Shown one piece after another: positions 1 to 7,699 of a stretch of DNA of 36,373 bases (position 1 is its first letter; each line of letters opens with the position of its first letter). The notes beneath the pieces were generated by a model that searched no databases, had not been told where the DNA came from, and worked only from the letters and a program-made list of their open reading frames with translations. Origin of the DNA: a virus; the UHGV virus genome UHGV-0172241, one strand, 5' to 3'. The translations under genes and the position numbers were made by a program.

Positions 1-23
1 CTTATCGACACTATATTCTACTA

Positions 24-52
24 GCCACGTTCTAAATGAGCGTGGTTTTTGT
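24..52 (+). terminator. hairpin (CCACG...CGTGG) plus T5 at left flank. Possible host-side terminator or part of attL
   Basis: Seen in sequence: 5-bp stem at 25-29/41-45 followed by TTTTT at 46-50. The function is inferred. Confidence 0.4.
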
Positions 53-99
53 ATGTTAGTTTTGTCACACGATAGACCTAAATAGTGACACAACTGCTA

Positions 100-1482
100 T
101 TAAAATTTAAAATGAATACTGTTGATATCAAGTGTGTTTGTCTTATGTTTTTTGTCTTTAGGAATAAAATTAAATTCTATCTTATCAACGGTACTTAATA
201 TCAATTCTTCTTTGTCTTTAATGGTTAGTTCTTCCCAACCTTTAAGGATAAAGTTGTTGATTGACTGTATTTGTTCTTTGCTCACTGATTGCTTGTTTTC
301 TGTCGTCTGTTCTTCAATCATCTTTTTTGTTGCATTGATTTCTTCCATCAATTCAAAATACTCATCATCTTCGATGTAACCAAGAGACCAAGATCGTGTA
401 TAGTTTATTTTTTGTTTGTTAATCTTATCTATATCATATTCAATCTTTTTAACCGGTTCTACTTTTCGAATATGAAATTTGTTCAATTCATAACTTTTAA
501 GCAAATTGATGAATTTATTTTCTACTTCGCTTTCATTAAATGATACGTTTTTAACATCTTTGTTTTTAGAACATGTCTCACATTTGTAGCGTCTAACGTC
601 ATATTTATAACCTTTTCTATCTTTAACAGTTCCAGCATATAGATGTAGCCTTCTGTTGCACTGAGGACACACAAGAGCGCCTCTAAAAATAGCGTGATGT
701 TTTACCTTACTTTTATGTGTTTTGCTTGATATAGCATCGTTAATGGCATTGTAGTCATGTTCTGACAACACAGGTTCATGAGTATTCTCTATAAGCATAT
801 CCCCATATTTAGTATGACCTCGCAAAACAGGGGAGCGCATCAATCGAATTAATGAGTTTCTATTCCACGATTTTTTATTTGGCACATGCACTTTAGATGA
901 ATTTAACCTTCTGGCTATCTCGTTAGCACTTATACCTTTTTTGAACATGCTAACTATCAAATCAATTACTTTAGCGTGTTCGTTGGGATGCAATTTCCCT
1001 TCGATATTGTCATAACAAAAAGGCGCTTCTCTAATATAATTACCTTCTCTCACTGCAGCGCGACTACCAAACAAAGATCTCTCTCTAATAGTCTCGCGCT
1101 CCCATTCAGCCATAGCACCTACCATTGTTATAAACAGCTTACCTATCGCAGAAGTTGTGTCAAATACTTCTGTGGCACTCTTGAATGACACGTTATATTG
1201 TTCAAATTCTTCTAACATGTCAAGAAGATCACGTACATTACGTGTGAGCCTATCTAATTTATAAACTAACACTAAATCAAAATAAGACAATTGTTTCATT
1301 AAATTTTGTAATGCCGGTCTTTTCATCGACCCTCCACTAATACCAGCATCAGTGAACACTTTGTACTCGTTCCAGTCATGTATTTCACAATAGGATATGA
1401 GTTTCTTTTTCTGTTCATGAATTGAATATCCTTCGTTCGCTTGTTCAGCGCTCGAAACCCTAGTGTAAATCGCTACTTTCAT
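100..1482 (-). CDS. int: prophage integrase, large serine recombinase (resolvase-type N-terminal catalytic domain)
   Basis: The N-terminus MKVAIYTRVSS..EQ is the classic serine-recombinase catalytic motif with the Ser nucleophile. The 460-aa length and Cys-rich zinc-ribbon-like region (CPQC...CETC) are typical of large serine recombinases. RBS AGGAGAT lies upstream of the ATG at 1482. Position at the prophage end fits an integrase. Confidence 0.9.
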   Translation of the reverse strand: MKVAIYTRVSSAEQANEGYSIHEQKKKLISYCEIHDWNEYKVFTDAGISGGSMKRPALQNLMKQLSYFDLVLVYKLDRLTRNVRDLLDMLEEFEQYNVSFKSATEVFDTTSAIGKLFITMVGAMAEWERETIRERSLFGSRAAVREGNYIREAPFCYDNIEGKLHPNEHAKVIDLIVSMFKKGISANEIARRLNSSKVHVPNKKSWNRNSLIRLMRSPVLRGHTKYGDMLIENTHEPVLSEHDYNAINDAISSKTHKSKVKHHAIFRGALVCPQCNRRLHLYAGTVKDRKGYKYDVRRYKCETCSKNKDVKNVSFNESEVENKFINLLKSYELNKFHIRKVEPVKKIEYDIDKINKQKINYTRSWSLGYIEDDEYFELMEEINATKKMIEEQTTENKQSVSKEQIQSINNFILKGWEELTIKDKEELILSTVDKIEFNFIPKDKKHKTNTLDINSIHFKF

Positions 1483-1502
1483 TGTTTCATCTCCTAAAAA
1501 GT

Positions 1503-1533
1503 CAAAAAAATAATAAGGGTAGGCGAGCTACCC
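1503..1533 (-). terminator. rho-independent terminator for the minus-strand gene 1547..2062
   Basis: Stem GGGTAG(1517-1522)/CTACCC(1528-1533) followed on the minus strand by a T-run (plus-strand A7 at 1504-1510). Confidence 0.5.
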
Positions 1534-1546
1534 GAAAATTTATTTA

Positions 1547-2062
1547 TCAAATAGATTGGTTATTATCTGCAATTTGTTTTAACAATTTGATAATTTCATC
1601 ATTCTGTTTAATGATTTTATCATTCTGTTTAATAAGTTCATCTTTTTGGGCAATAAACACAAAATTTTGTTTTAATTGAGTATCGTAAAAGACGAATTTC
1701 GCTTGTTTATCTAGATTAGTAGTGAACGACCCAATACCATTGTACACTTTCAATAAACTTGGTCTTATGTTTTGTTTTTGATATGCATATGAGGTAACGT
1801 CGGTTGCTTCTTTTATACCTTGACCGTTTAATTTTTTGTTTGCTTTTGATTCGTATTCTTCATTATTGCTTTTAAAGTTTTCAGATTTATAAAGTTGAAT
1901 ATCAAGTTCTTTTCCTTCTTTAAAATCATTTAATATCTTTCTTTTTTCATCTGTTGTCATTTTTTTATACATGTCGATTTTTCTATTACTTAATTTGCTG
2001 AACATTTTTGTTTCTGTCAGAATTTCTTTGAAAGTTAATTTATCTCCTGCCATTTTTTTCAT
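1547..2062 (-). CDS. hypothetical protein (171 aa) in the int-cI moron position, with a C-terminal tandem repeat
   Basis: Complete ORF between the integrase and repressor, with its own terminator. The C-terminal KQNDKIIKQNDEIIK repeat is encoded by a 20-bp tandem DNA repeat (about 1597-1636). No recognisable domain. Confidence 0.55.
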   Translation of the reverse strand: MKKMAGDKLTFKEILTETKMFSKLSNRKIDMYKKMTTDEKRKILNDFKEGKELDIQLYKSENFKSNNEEYESKANKKLNGQGIKEATDVTSYAYQKQNIRPSLLKVYNGIGSFTTNLDKQAKFVFYDTQLKQNFVFIAQKDELIKQNDKIIKQNDEIIKLLKQIADNNQSI

Positions 2063-2105
2063 TTCTCCTTTGTTCGTTTTATATTAAAGCGCCACTAGGG
2101 CGCCG

Positions 2106-2720
2106 TTAATCAAAAGTTTTAACACTTGCCACAACTCTACCTACAATCTTAACTTCATCATTCTTACCATACACTTGAGGATAATGATTAGGATTATTTG
2201 ATTCAGGAATTAATATAATTTGGTCGCCGTTGTATCTGATACGTTTCACGGTACCGTTATAGCCATTTATCATTACTACGCCTAATTGACCATTCTCAAC
2301 GATGGAATCTTTTTCTATAACTACTACATCGCCCTCATCAAAAATTTTATTCATGCTATCCCCAGACACGCGTAAACCGAACTCCTCTTTACTGTCACTC
2401 AATTTCTCTTTAGAGAAGTATATGTAATCAATTAAGTTTTCTTCACTATAGATAGGTAAGCCTGCAGATATTTTTGAAACGACTGGAATCTTTTTGACTG
2501 GTAGGGTTTCTAGTTTAGGTTGTTCTTCTTCTATTCCCATAATATATGACGGAGATACTCTCAATGCTTTTGCTAATTTTACAATTTTATCTCTTTTCAT
2601 ATTTTCTATATCGCCAGTTTCCCATTTTCTCACAGTTGATTTTCCAACACCTACTAAATCTCCAACTTGTTCAAGAGTTAAATTCAATTCTTTACGTCTA
2701 CTTTTAATGTCGGGTTTCAT
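2106..2720 (-). CDS. cI: CI-like repressor (XRE helix-turn-helix plus LexA/S24 peptidase domain)
   Basis: The N-terminal LTLEQVGDLVGVGKSTVRKWETG segment is an XRE HTH. The C-terminal region has the VSGDSM...K pattern of S24 autopeptidase (Ser/Lys dyad). It is divergent from cro. Confidence 0.9.
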   Translation of the reverse strand: MKPDIKSRRKELNLTLEQVGDLVGVGKSTVRKWETGDIENMKRDKIVKLAKALRVSPSYIMGIEEEQPKLETLPVKKIPVVSKISAGLPIYSEENLIDYIYFSKEKLSDSKEEFGLRVSGDSMNKIFDEGDVVVIEKDSIVENGQLGVVMINGYNGTVKRIRYNGDQIILIPESNNPNHYPQVYGKNDEVKIVGRVVASVKTFD

Positions 2721-2891
2721 GTTAAATTTCCTCCTAATCGGTATGTACTAAATATAGCACTTAAGTATCTTAAAAGCAACACTTATATAGGAAATAAAAA
2801 TAAAAATGTATTTTTAGACACTTTTGTGTTGACTCAATGATTTATAGCGTGTATTATTAAAGTATCCTAAAAGACACGGAGGTGTTAAATA
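2721..2891. promoter_or_regulatory. divergent cI/cro promoter-operator region
   Basis: For cro: -35 TTGACT (2829-2834), 17-nt spacer, -10 TATTAT (2852-2857), then RBS GGAGGTG. AAGTATCYTAAAAG(C)ACAC-like direct repeats occur at about 2763-2784 and 2860-2877, with a third TTTAGACAC copy at about 2813-2821. Confidence 0.55.
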
Positions 2892-3119
2892 ATGAACAAA
2901 GCGAAACTTTATTCTGCTTTGGCGATGAAAGAGATGCATGTAAATGATTTTTTAAAAGAATTAAATGAGCATGGATTGAAACTTTCCAAAAGCGCCTACT
3001 ACAGCAGGATTAGAGGAGAACAGGAATTCGACATCAAAGAAATTAAAACTATAGTCAAAGTTCTCAATTTAACTAGAGACCAAATGAATGATATTTTTTT
3101 TGAAGAATTAGTGTCATAA
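2892..3119 (+). CDS. cro: Cro-like small HTH regulator
   Basis: 75-aa protein divergent from cI, with an RBS upstream. Size and position are typical of phage cro. Confidence 0.7.
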   Translation: MNKAKLYSALAMKEMHVNDFLKELNEHGLKLSKSAYYSRIRGEQEFDIKEIKTIVKVLNLTRDQMNDIFFEELVS

Positions 3120-3142
3120 AAGACACTTAATAGGAGGACACT

Positions 3143-3304
3143 ATGGAACAGATATCTAGCTATAAAATTTATGTAGAAGAAAATGAATTTAACGCATATG
3201 TAATATATGCAAAAAGTATGGAAGAAGTTTGTGGATTAATTAAAAAAATAGATAGATTTACAGAAATTAAAATAAGCCCCTCAATAAAGAAGGGCGTGAA
3301 ATAA
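3143..3304 (+). CDS. small hypothetical protein (53 aa)
   Basis: ATG preceded by TAGGAGGA RBS. Hand-translated: MEQISSYKIYVEENEFNAYVIYAKSMEEVCGLIKKIDRFTEIKISPSIKKGVK. Confidence 0.4.
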   Translation: MEQISSYKIYVEENEFNAYVIYAKSMEEVCGLIKKIDRFTEIKISPSIKKGVK

Positions 3305-3309
3305 AAAAA

Positions 3310-3573
3310 CTAAAGGAAATCTTTTAAGTGTTTAGAATCACATATGACATTTTTCCATGCGGCTTCGCCAGTCAACGTAGCTACAAACAGGCTGTCATCA
3401 TTATCAACAAAGAGTTTTAGTTCATCTCTGATTTCTTTTGAGCTGAATACTGAGTTAACAAACCAAACAGATTTATTGATTTTTGCAGCATTAGGATAAT
3501 CCTCTATTCTATTTATCAACTTAGGATAATCCTTATGGTCATTTAAGTCATATGAAATGATATAGCTTTTCAT
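3310..3573 (-). CDS. hypothetical protein (87 aa), antisense to the early lytic operon
   Basis: Has its own RBS AAGGAGGTG and a TATAAT element on the minus strand (3595-3610). It is convergent with cro and the 53-aa ORF, with only a 5-nt gap. Confidence 0.6.
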   Translation of the reverse strand: MKSYIISYDLNDHKDYPKLINRIEDYPNAAKINKSVWFVNSVFSSKEIRDELKLFVDNDDSLFVATLTGEAAWKNVICDSKHLKDFL

Positions 3574-3630
3574 TGTTACTCACCTCCTTAGGTTGATAAC
3601 AACATTATACACGAAAGGAGCATAAACATT

Positions 3631-4380
3631 ATGCAAGCATTACAAACAAAATCAAACATCGGAGAAATGTTCAACATACAAGAAAAAGAAAATGGAGAAA
3701 TCGCAATCAGCGGTCGTGAGCTTCATCAAGCTTTAGAAGTTTCAACTAGGTACGATAAGTGGTTCGAAAGAATGACGGAGTATGGTTTTGAAAACGGGAT
3801 AGATTTTATTTCGCAAGTTGAAAAAGTACACGGTCAAAAAAGGGCGCGTACTTATGAACAAATTAATCATATTCTCACATTAGACACTGCAAAAGAAATC
3901 GCAATGATTCAACGTAGTGAACCAGGTAAACGTGCAAGACAATACTTCATTCAAGTAGAGAAAGCATGGAACAGTCCAGAAATGATTATGAAACGTGCAT
4001 TGAAGATGGCTAATAACACAATCAACCAACTGGAAACACAAATTGAGAAAGACAAACCTAAAGTATTGTTTGCTGACGCAGTAGCAACAACTAAAACTTC
4101 TATTTTGGTAGGGGAATTAGCAAAAATCATTAAACAAAATGGTGTCAATATAGGACAACGAAGACTGTTTAAGTGGTTACGACAAAATGGTTTTTTAATA
4201 AAACGTCAAGGCGTCGACTATAACATGCCAACACAATACTCAATGGAACGAGAATTATTTGAAATCAAAGAAACGTCAATTACTCATTCAGACGGTCATA
4301 CATCAATTAGTAAGACCCCTAAAGTAACAGGTAAAGGGCAACAATACTTTATTAACAAATTTTTAACAAATGAACTATAA
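3631..4380 (+). CDS. ant: phage antirepressor (Bro-N/KilA-C type)
   Basis: The N-terminal ...ISGRELHQALEV..YDKWFERM region resembles AntA/Bro-N antirepressor domains common in staphylococcal phages. RBS GAAAGGAG upstream. Confidence 0.8.
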   Translation: MQALQTKSNIGEMFNIQEKENGEIAISGRELHQALEVSTRYDKWFERMTEYGFENGIDFISQVEKVHGQKRARTYEQINHILTLDTAKEIAMIQRSEPGKRARQYFIQVEKAWNSPEMIMKRALKMANNTINQLETQIEKDKPKVLFADAVATTKTSILVGELAKIIKQNGVNIGQRRLFKWLRQNGFLIKRQGVDYNMPTQYSMERELFEIKETSITHSDGHTSISKTPKVTGKGQQYFINKFLTNEL

Positions 4381-4417
4381 CCCACAATCGAACAAACAAC
4401 TTAAAGGAGTGAATGAA

Positions 4418-4561
4418 ATGAACAAGCTATACAAAACAACCCTCCTCATCACAATGGCAGTTGTGACGTGGAAGGTTATGAAAATCGAGCAGCAAATAAA
4501 AAATAATCTAAATGAATTTACAGCTACTATTCGAACTGATGATTTAAAGCGTAATCAGTAA
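4418..4561 (+). CDS. small hypothetical protein (about 47 aa from the internal ATG)
   Basis: RBS AAAGGAGTG upstream of the ATG at about 4418. The 3' end overlaps the convergent minus-strand gene. Confidence 0.4.
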   Translation: MNKLYKTTLLITMAVVTWKVMKIEQQIKNNLNEFTATIRTDDLKRNQ

Positions 4562-4704
4562 TTACTTTTAAAGCTTGCAAATATTCATTTTTGAAATATT
4601 CAACTCTATCTTCAGAGTTATCAAATTTCTTTTCATCAACCTTCAAAGTTTGAATATATGCTTTAGCAAACTCATTAGGTCGAATGGAAACCTCTGTTCT
4701 ATCC
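4527..4704 (-). CDS. small hypothetical protein (about 59 aa), antisense, GTG start
   Basis: Minus-strand RBS AAAGGGGGTG, then GTG about 5 nt later. It is preceded by the same TATAATGTTGTTATC element as gene 3310..3573. Confidence 0.45.
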
Positions 4705-4843
4705 ACAATACCACCCCCTTTCACAAAGGGATAACAACATTATATCAGAAAGGAACTAATAAATTGCTAGCACTACTGATTATCGTATTCATCACATGCG
4801 TGACCGTACAATACAAACTTAATTAACGAAAGGGAGAGAAGTA

Positions 4844-4948
4844 ATGCCACCACATATTCAACAAATGTTATTCGATTTCGCTCTTGAGCGAGGATATATA
4901 CAAAAAATTATAAAAATGGAGCAAAAACATGAGTCAAGAAATGATTGA
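4844..4948 (+). CDS. small ORF (34 aa)
   Basis: RBS GAAAGGGAGAG, then ATG. Typical early-region micro-ORF. Hand-derived coordinates. Confidence 0.3.
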   Translation: MPPHIQQMLFDFALERGYIQKIIKMEQKHESRND

Positions 4949-5015
4949 TTACTGGGCCACTTTTATGTATGAACGCGTTGGTAAAAAAATACTAGAAAAG
5001 GAAGGATTGAAATGA
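4929..5015 (+). CDS. small ORF (28 aa)
   Basis: Overlaps its neighbours with coupled starts. Hand-derived. Confidence 0.25.
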   Translation: MSQEMIDYWATFMYERVGKKILEKEGLK

Positions 5016-5191
5016 AAAGTCTAACAATCGCATTAATCACATTCGTACTTATTTCAATTATAACAATGGTCATTTTTGAAATTTACTTTACGACAGGATT
5101 AGTCGTAAGCGCAGCAACAGCAATAATAGCTTACTGGTTTTATAGCAGACATTTTTTTAATAAAAAAACTGCTACTTGCGCCAACAAGTAA
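5012..5191 (+). CDS. small membrane protein (59 aa, two predicted TM segments)
   Basis: RBS AAGGAAGGA, then an ATGA overlap. Hydrophobic sequence MKSLTIALITFVLISIITMVIF... Confidence 0.45.
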   Translation: MKSLTIALITFVLISIITMVIFEIYFTTGLVVSAATAIIAYWFYSRHFFNKKTATCANK

Positions 5192-5259
5192 CAGTAAAAG
5201 AAAAACATTTAAGAAATACAACTAACTTAAATATACGAAAAGAAACGGAGGTCGTCAAG

Positions 5260-5745
5260 TTGAGTAATTTATTCGAGTTATCAACAAATTATCAACAAAT
5301 TTATAACCTAATTTCTGAACAAGAAAACGAACTAATTTTAAAAGATACATTAGCGAGCATTAACGACGCTTTAGAAAATAAAGCGGACAGTTATGTTGCC
5401 ATTATCAAATCATTAGAAGCAGACAATAAAGCAATCGATGAAGAAATTAAACGTTTGAGACAGCGTAAATCTTCAAACGAAAACGGTATTAAACGATTAA
5501 AAGAAAGCTTACAACTGGCTATGGAAGAAACAGGCAAAGAGAAATTCAAAACATCGTTGAATAGCTACAGCATAGCTAAGAACTCACCAAGTTTAGATGT
5601 GCAAGATGAAAGTTTAATTCCGAAACAATATTACGTAGAGCAAAAACCTAAACTAAACAAAACAGAATTGCTAAAAGCTGTCAAAGACGGCCTTGAAATA
5701 AAAGGTGTCGAATTAAAACAAAACAGAAGTTTGAGGGTGCGATAA
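5260..5745 (+). CDS. siphovirus Gp157-like protein (TTG start)
   Basis: RBS AACGGAGG 8 nt upstream of TTG at 5260. A coiled-coil protein placed before the recombinase gene, as in Gp157-family loci. The ORF track extends the frame back to 5176 without an RBS. Confidence 0.5.
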   Translation: MSNLFELSTNYQQIYNLISEQENELILKDTLASINDALENKADSYVAIIKSLEADNKAIDEEIKRLRQRKSSNENGIKRLKESLQLAMEETGKEKFKTSLNSYSIAKNSPSLDVQDESLIPKQYYVEQKPKLNKTELLKAVKDGLEIKGVELKQNRSLRVR

Positions 5746-6393
5746 ATGACTGAACAACTTAATTTATACCAAAAAATAGCAGACGTTAAAGCCAATATTG
5801 ACGGATTTACCAAAGATACAAAAGGTTACAACTACTCATATGTTAGTGGCTCTCAAGTGCTACACAGAATTAGGAACAAGATGATTGAACATAATTTGTT
5901 GCTTGTACCTTACACAGAAAATGAAGAGATAACTGAAACCAAGAACGCAAAAGGTAAGACAGAACACATTGTTAAATTAAAACTAACTTATAAATGGATT
6001 AACGCAGACAATCCTCAAGAAGTGTTAGAAGTACCATTTTTCGCAGTAGGCCAACAAGATGATGTATCAAAGGCACATGGAACAGCACTAACATACGCAG
6101 AACGTTATTTCTTAATGAAATTCTTCAACATTCCAACTGATGAAGACGACGCAGACGCAAAACAAAAACAAGAAAAGTACAACAAAGCTAGTAGCAACAC
6201 AATAGGTGTTTTAAAACAAGAAGTATATCAATTTGTCACTTTAATGAAGTCTCTAGGAAAAGAAGTCACACACCAACAAGCTGAAAAAACTTTCGGAATA
6301 CAAGAATATGCGTCTATGACAGAACAACAAGCAGCAAACACAATTAATAAAATTCAAACTATGGCTAAAAAATATAAGGAGAGTGAACAATGA
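5746..6393 (+). CDS. ERF-family single-strand annealing protein (recombinase)
   Basis: The ...GTALTYAERYFLMKFFNIPTDEDDADA... segment is characteristic of the ERF superfamily. It lies immediately upstream of SSB. Confidence 0.8.
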   Translation: MTEQLNLYQKIADVKANIDGFTKDTKGYNYSYVSGSQVLHRIRNKMIEHNLLLVPYTENEEITETKNAKGKTEHIVKLKLTYKWINADNPQEVLEVPFFAVGQQDDVSKAHGTALTYAERYFLMKFFNIPTDEDDADAKQKQEKYNKASSNTIGVLKQEVYQFVTLMKSLGKEVTHQQAEKTFGIQEYASMTEQQAANTINKIQTMAKKYKESEQ

Positions 6394-6830
6394 ACACAGT
6401 AAATTTATTAGGTAATTTGGTAGCAGACCCAGAGTTAAGAGGACAAAACAGTAACGTGGCTAACTTTAGAATTGCAGTACAACGACCATTTAAAAACAAG
6501 CAAACAGACGAGTATGAAACAGACTTCATCACTTGTGTTGCTTTTGGTAAAACAGCAGAAATTATCGCTAACAACTTTAAAAAAGGTAACAAAATTGGAG
6601 TAACTGGATCAATTCAAACAGGTAGCTACGAAAAAGACGGACAACGTGTATACACAACTGATGTAGCAGTCAACCAAGTTACGTTTGTAGAGCGTAAGAA
6701 TAGCAATGCGCAATCAAACAACCAACCACAACAAAGTGGACAAGCGCAAAGTGATAACAACCCATTTTCTAACGGTATGCAAAACGCGAATGGTCCAATT
6801 GATATTAGTGACGAAGATTTACCATTTTAG
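6390..6830 (+). CDS. ssb: single-stranded DNA-binding protein
   Basis: OB-fold N-terminus (NxVxLxGNLxxDPELR), a Gln/Asn-rich linker and the acidic tail DISDEDLPF. Confidence 0.9.
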   Translation: MNTVNLLGNLVADPELRGQNSNVANFRIAVQRPFKNKQTDEYETDFITCVAFGKTAEIIANNFKKGNKIGVTGSIQTGSYEKDGQRVYTTDVAVNQVTFVERKNSNAQSNNQPQQSGQAQSDNNPFSNGMQNANGPIDISDEDLPF

Positions 6831-6907
6831 GACTGATTAGATGCCCAAAATTAAGAATTATATCACTCAAGACGAACGACTAAATAAAATGTTGAAAGGA
6901 GAAACTA

Positions 6908-7699
6908 ATGGCTGAAGTATCATGGATTAAATTGAAAGTCGGAATGTTCGACGATAGCAAAATTAAGTATATAGAAGCTTTGCCCGAAAGAGACACAATT
7001 ATCACATTGTGGGTCAAACTACTAACATTAGCCGGCAAATACAACGAGCAAGGTTACATTATGCTATCTGAAAATTTGCCATATAACGAAGAAATGTTGG
7101 CAAATGAGTTTAATAGACCTATCAACTCAATAAGATTAGCACTGCAAACGTTCAAAACATTAGGAATGATCGAAGATGTGAACGGTGTCTTTAAAGTAAC
7201 TAATTGGGAAAAGCATCAAAATATTGAAGGTTTAGAAAAAATAAGAGAGCAGAACCGTTTACGTAAGAGAAAACAAAGAAATAAACAAAAATTATTAGAT
7301 AGTCACGTGAAGTCACGTGACAGTCACGCAACAGATAAAGAAGAAGATAAAGAACTAGAAGAAGATAAAGAAATAGATAAAGAAGACGTCTTTAAAAATT
7401 CAATTAACTATATTATGAATAATCTTGATAAAAACTTAACACCCAACCAAATGCAACAAATAGGCTATGCAATTGATGATATCGGAAAGTATGCAGATGA
7501 AGTAGTTGAAGTTGCTACTGATTACACAAAAGATAAGGGCTGTCATGCAGGTTATCTAATAAAAGTATTAAACAACTGGGCTAAAGAAAACGTTAAGACT
7601 AAAGAAGATGCTGAAAATAAGATTAAACCTAAAAACAAAAAATCTGCTGCAGATGATTTGATTGCTCAAATGGAAAAAGAGCTGGGAGATGAAAGTTAA
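6908..7699 (+). CDS. phage replisome organizer (origin-binding, DnaD/G38P-like)
   Basis: The N-terminal MAEVSWIKLKVGMFDDSKI...TLWVKLLTLAGK region resembles the phage replisome organizer N-terminal domain. The gene contains iterons. Confidence 0.8.
   Translation: MAEVSWIKLKVGMFDDSKIKYIEALPERDTIITLWVKLLTLAGKYNEQGYIMLSENLPYNEEMLANEFNRPINSIRLALQTFKTLGMIEDVNGVFKVTNWEKHQNIEGLEKIREQNRLRKRKQRNKQKLLDSHVKSRDSHATDKEEDKELEEDKEIDKEDVFKNSINYIMNNLDKNLTPNQMQQIGYAIDDIGKYADEVVEVATDYTKDKGCHAGYLIKVLNNWAKENVKTKEDAENKIKPKNKKSAADDLIAQMEKELGDES
7296..7390. repeat. putative origin of replication iterons inside the organizer gene
   Basis: AGTCACGTGA occurs twice plus CAGTCACGCA (7301-7330), containing the palindrome TCACGTGA. 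Four GATAAAGAA copies follow at 7334-7388. Confidence 0.5.

Noticed and set aside
122-1188. Plus-strand ORFs of 85, 84 and 70 aa opposite the integrase gene, and similar antisense ORFs opposite the scaffold (19793..20188) and capsid (20307..20609) genes
   Set aside because: They are fully embedded antisense to strong, homology-supported genes and lack RBSs. They are spurious.
3310-3573. Cas2/VapD-like ferredoxin-fold resemblance of the 87-aa antisense protein (IISYDL...NKSVWFVNS pattern)
   Set aside because: Only a generic beta-alpha-beta hydrophobic pattern. No CRISPR array or other cas genes are in the window. Similarity is too weak to claim without an HMM search.
7296-7390. CRISPR-like appearance of the short direct repeats
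   Set aside because: Repeat units are 9-10 bp without regular spacers and lie inside a coding region. They are interpreted as origin iterons or coding repeats, not a CRISPR array.
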